Assembly (NCBI GenBank): GCA_963763775.1
Contig: CAVXPZ010000004.1
Coordinates: forward strand, 160,001 to 224,000
Source: an uncultured Chloroflexia bacterium
GTDB taxonomy: Bacteria > Chloroflexota > Limnocylindria > Limnocylindrales > CSP1-4
Length of the DNA stretch: 64,000 nucleotides
Direction: 5' to 3'
A program made the position numbers and the translations under genes. Of the stretch, positions 60,783 to 64,000 are shown piece after piece; the stretch's first letter is position 1; every line of letters starts with the position of its first letter. The notes beneath the pieces are model-generated. The model did no database searches. It saw only the letters and a program-made list of their open reading frames with translations, and had not been told where the DNA came from.

Positions 60783-62260
60783 CAGAAGGGGAACGTCGGC
60801 GGCTCGTCGCGCATCGTCACCCACTGCCACTCGGTGAACGTGTCGAGGCTGGCCTCGCCGCCGTACCGGCCGCCGTTGCCCGAGTCGCCCATGCCGCCGA
60901 ACGGGATGATCGCCTCGTCGTTGAGGGTCCCGTCGTTGATGTGGACCATGCCCGTGCGCATCCGGTCGGCGACCGCGAGACCTCGCGCCGTCGAGCGCGT
61001 GTAGATCGACGCGACCAGCCCGTAGCTGCTCGCGTTGGCGAGGGCGATCGCCTCCTCGTCGTCGGCGAACACCGTGATCGGCGCCACCGGGCCGAAGATC
61101 TCGTCGGTGAAGGCCGGCATGTCGGGCGTGACCGAGGTCAGCACGGTCGGGCGGTAGAACAGGCCCTCGAAGGTGGCGCCTTCGTTGACGACGGCGCCCG
61201 CCTCGATGGAGCGCTGGACGATCCCGTCGACGCGGGCGATCTGCTTCTCGTTGACGATCGGCCCCAGCTGGACGTCCTCGCGGTACGGGTCACCCGTCCG
61301 CAGGCGCTTCGCCTTCTCGGTCAGGGCCGCGATGTACGCGTCGGCGACGCTCCGGTGCACGAGGTGACGACCGGCGGCGAAGCACACCTGGCCCTGGAAC
61401 TGGAACGCGGAGAACGCGCCGGCGGCGGCGGCCGCATCGAGGTCCGCGTCGTCGAGGACGATGAAGGCGTTGTTGCCGCCGAGCTCGAGCGAGACCTTCT
61501 TGAGCATCCCGCCAGCGAGCTGGCCGACGCGCCGCCCGACCGCCGTCGAGCCGGTGAACGACACGACCGGGATGTTCGGGTCGGTCACGAGCGCCTCGCC
61601 GACGTCGGCGCCGCCGACGACCACCTGGAGCAGGCCGTCGGGCAGGCCGGCTTCGCGGAACACCGCGGCGAACATCGCGCCGCCGATGACCGGCGTCTGC
61701 GGATCCGGCTTGAGGACGACCGCATTGCCGAGCGCGAGCGCCGGCGCGACGACGCGCATGCCGAGCACGGACGGCGAGTTCCACGGCGTGATCGCGCCGA
61801 TGACGCCGACCGGGACCCGGCGGACCATCGAGAGCCGGCCCTTGACCGCCGACGGCATGAGCGAGCCGTACGGCTGCGACGGCAGCGTGGCCGCGTTCAG
61901 GATCTCCTGGTACGCGAAGGTCGACTCGTGGTGCATCTTGCTGTGCGACGCGCCGGTCTCGCGCTGGGTCCACGTGCCGAACTCGTCGCGGTTGGCCTCG
62001 TAGATCTCAGCCGCTCGGCGCAGGACGCGGGCGCGCTCCTGGTAGCTCGTCGCCGCCCACGCGGGCTGTGCGGCCTTGGCGGCCTCGGCAGCTCGGGCCA
62101 CGTCGTCGGGCGTCGAGCCCGGGACGGTCGCGATCAGCCGGCCGGTGGCCGGCTCGCGGTCCTCGATGGGCGCCCCGGTCCCGGGCTCCCACTGCTCGAC
62201 GAAGGATCCAAGCCAACCGGATGCCGCGGACGCCGTGGCGTCGGGTGCGATGGCGCTCAT
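60782..62260 (-). CDS. Aldehyde dehydrogenase (benzaldehyde dehydrogenase-like)
   Basis: ITPWNSP, LKPDPQTP, FTGSTAVG, LELGGN, GQVC, EIFGP, PFGG. Confidence 0.9.
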   Translation of the reverse strand: MSAIAPDATASAASGWLGSFVEQWEPGTGAPIEDREPATGRLIATVPGSTPDDVARAAEAAKAAQPAWAATSYQERARVLRRAAEIYEANRDEFGTWTQRETGASHSKMHHESTFAYQEILNAATLPSQPYGSLMPSAVKGRLSMVRRVPVGVIGAITPWNSPSVLGMRVVAPALALGNAVVLKPDPQTPVIGGAMFAAVFREAGLPDGLLQVVVGGADVGEALVTDPNIPVVSFTGSTAVGRRVGQLAGGMLKKVSLELGGNNAFIVLDDADLDAAAAAGAFSAFQFQGQVCFAAGRHLVHRSVADAYIAALTEKAKRLRTGDPYREDVQLGPIVNEKQIARVDGIVQRSIEAGAVVNEGATFEGLFYRPTVLTSVTPDMPAFTDEIFGPVAPITVFADDEEAIALANASSYGLVASIYTRSTARGLAVADRMRTGMVHINDGTLNDEAIIPFGGMGDSGNGGRYGGEASLDTFTEWQWVTMRDEPPTFPF

Positions 62261-62784
62261 CCGTGTCCTCCTTCGGGCGTTCCGGCGCCCGTCGACCAGC
62301 GTTCCTCGTAGGTTCGCGGGGCCCCGTCCGCGACGGCGCGCCGCCCGGTCGCTGGGTCGCGCCACACCGGCCCACGAGCGAGCACGGCGTCGATCAGGCC
62401 CTCATCGAGGTAGACCGGGACCTCCCACGAGCGCAGCTCCAGGGCCATCTGCCCCGGGTACCCGATCAGGTCGCGGACCCCGCGGTCGGTGTAGTAGCCG
62501 GCCACGATCACCAGCTGGAGCACGCCCAGCGTCGACGGCTCGTCCCGGCCGAGGCCGTCGAGGCGCGCGTCGACGTCGTCGCCGAGGTCGGGCCGGAGCG
62601 CGGCGCGGAGCGGCTCGACGAGGTCGGGCCGGGCGTTCAGCACGAACCGCAGGCGGTCGTCGCCGACGACATCGGCCGCGGACGGCATGCCGTGGGCGGC
62701 CGGGATCAGCCGGTCGGCGATGGCGCGCAGCGTCGCCAGCTCCGCGGCGTCCAGGCTGGCGTGCGAGTCGGCGGCGGCGGTCAT
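62257..62784 (-). CDS. Gluconate-2-dehydrogenase subunit-3-like partner of GMC oxidoreductase
   Basis: TLRAIADRLIPA...MPSA, GYYTD, IGYPG; overlaps the GMC stop; no Tat signal visible. Confidence 0.7.
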   Translation of the reverse strand: MTAAADSHASLDAAELATLRAIADRLIPAAHGMPSAADVVGDDRLRFVLNARPDLVEPLRAALRPDLGDDVDARLDGLGRDEPSTLGVLQLVIVAGYYTDRGVRDLIGYPGQMALELRSWEVPVYLDEGLIDAVLARGPVWRDPATGRRAVADGAPRTYEERWSTGAGTPEGGHG

Positions 62785-64000
62785 GCCGGCACCTGCTGCT
62801 CGAAGCGGGTCTCGACCATGTGGTCGGCGGCCCGCAGCGCGATCGCGACGATCGTCGAGGTCGGGTTGACGCCGGACGAGGTGACGAAGCACGAGCCGTC
62901 CACGACGTACAGGTTCGGGACGTCGTGGGTCCGGTTCCAGCGGTCGAGGACGGACGTCGCCGGGTCGTCGCCCATCCGGGCCGTGCCCAGCAGGTGCCAG
63001 CCCGAGTAGCGCATGAGCCGGTCGACCTCGATCTTGTAGGCGCCGGCGGCGTCCATCGACTCCTTCGCCCGCTCGATGTGGAAGTCGAGCATCCGGCGCG
63101 AGTTGTCGGACATGCGGTAGTGGACCTCGGGCGCCGGGATGCCCGACGAGTCCGTGACCGTCGAGGACAGCGTGATGTGGTTGGCCTCGTCGGGCAGGTC
63201 CTCGGCGAACAGCCCCCAGTTCGCGCCGTGGCCGAGGTGGCTCTTGACGTGGGTGTGGTGCTCGGGGCCCCAGGCCTGCTCGCCGGCACGGCTGGGCAGC
63301 GCGGTGTTGATCGGCCCGCCGGTCGGGGCGAGACCCCACCGGGCGCCGCGGACGAAGCCGCGCTTCTCGTCGGTCTCGTAGAACTCGAGCGACTCGATGA
63401 GGTCGCCGAACTGGCCCTGCCAGCTCATCAGCGGCTCGTCGAACAGGCCGGCGACGTTGGCGAACGGATGCATCATCAGCCGCTTGCCGACCAGGCCCGA
63501 CGAGTTCGCCAGCCCGTCCGGGAACCGCGGGCTCGTCGAGTTGAGCAGCAGCCGGGGCGTGCCGATCGCGTTGGCCGCGAGGACGACCGTCTTCGCCGGC
63601 TGGAGATGCTCGCCGCCGTCCCGGTCGATCCAGGTGGCGCCGGTGGCCAGGCCTCGGGCGTCGGTCTCGATCCGGCGGACGCGCGCGCCGGTGACGAGCC
63701 GGGCGCCCAGGGCGATCGCCTTGGGCCAGTGGGTCAGGTCGGTCGAGGCCTTGGCGCCCTCGTTGCAGCCGGACTGGCAGGTGCTGCGCTGGACGCACGG
63801 CCGACGGCCGTCGTACGCCACCGAGTTGATCGAGTTGAACTCCGGCCACCAGTGCCAGCCGAGCTTCGTCTGGCCGCGAGCGACCTTCAGCCCGGCGGAG
63901 CCGATCGGGAGCGGCGGCATCGGGGCGTCCTCGGTGTCCGGCGGGTAGGCCGGGTCGCCGGGCAGGCCGGACACGCCGAACTGGCGGTCGGTCCGGTAGA
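62781..64000 (-). CDS. GMC family FAD oxidoreductase (5' end outside window)
   Basis: CxxxxxCxxGC, VLAANAIGTPRLLLNS, GLVGKRLMMH, HLLGTARMG, NLYVVDGS, NPTST. Confidence 0.9.
   Translation of the reverse strand, partial: YRTDRQFGVSGLPGDPAYPPDTEDAPMPPLPIGSAGLKVARGQTKLGWHWWPEFNSINSVAYDGRRPCVQRSTCQSGCNEGAKASTDLTHWPKAIALGARLVTGARVRRIETDARGLATGATWIDRDGGEHLQPAKTVVLAANAIGTPRLLLNSTSPRFPDGLANSSGLVGKRLMMHPFANVAGLFDEPLMSWQGQFGDLIESLEFYETDEKRGFVRGARWGLAPTGGPINTALPSRAGEQAWGPEHHTHVKSHLGHGANWGLFAEDLPDEANHITLSSTVTDSSGIPAPEVHYRMSDNSRRMLDFHIERAKESMDAAGAYKIEVDRLMRYSGWHLLGTARMGDDPATSVLDRWNRTHDVPNLYVVDGSCFVTSSGVNPTSTIVAIALRAADHMVETRFEQQVPA

Noticed and set aside
53017-64000. Mycofactocin cluster (creatininase, GMC, LLM, SDR)
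   Set aside because: No MftA precursor, MftB, radical SAM MftC or glycosyltransferase is visible in the window, and these families are generic.

Overview
High-GC bacterial chromosomal window, densely coding, with no mobile element, CRISPR array or rRNA seen. A Chloroflexota- or Actinobacteria-like soil organism is an inference only. Layout: 1-14 kb is housekeeping and envelope genes (bioY, FtsX-type ABC exporter, CAP protein, pgm, DsbB plus CPHC thioredoxin, tRNA-His, TetR, flavodoxin, class III adenylate cyclase, SDR, DoxX). 14-28 kb is a complete L-rhamnose locus coupled to lutABC. 28-38.5 kb holds a tandem NTF2 protein, a Gfo/Idh/MocA enzyme and a Bxl-like xylo-oligosaccharide locus containing an internally deleted GH51 remnant. 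38.5-53 kb is an uncharacterised ROK-associated divergent cluster (FAD oxidoreductase, phosphotriesterase-like, single-barrel MetE-like Zn-thiol enzyme, amidase | Gfo/Idh/MocA, TIM-barrel isomerase, ABC importer, NagA). 53-64 kb is an uncharacterised GMC/ALDH/LacI/SDR/CoA-transferase/ECH/LLM/shikimate-DH/FAH/creatininase operon. About 20 single-base frameshifts, probably sequencing errors, split genes or create false fusions in the ORF track. The best novelty candidates are the 38.5-53 kb cluster with its shared TGTCTA(G/T)ACA operator and the 53-64 kb operon.
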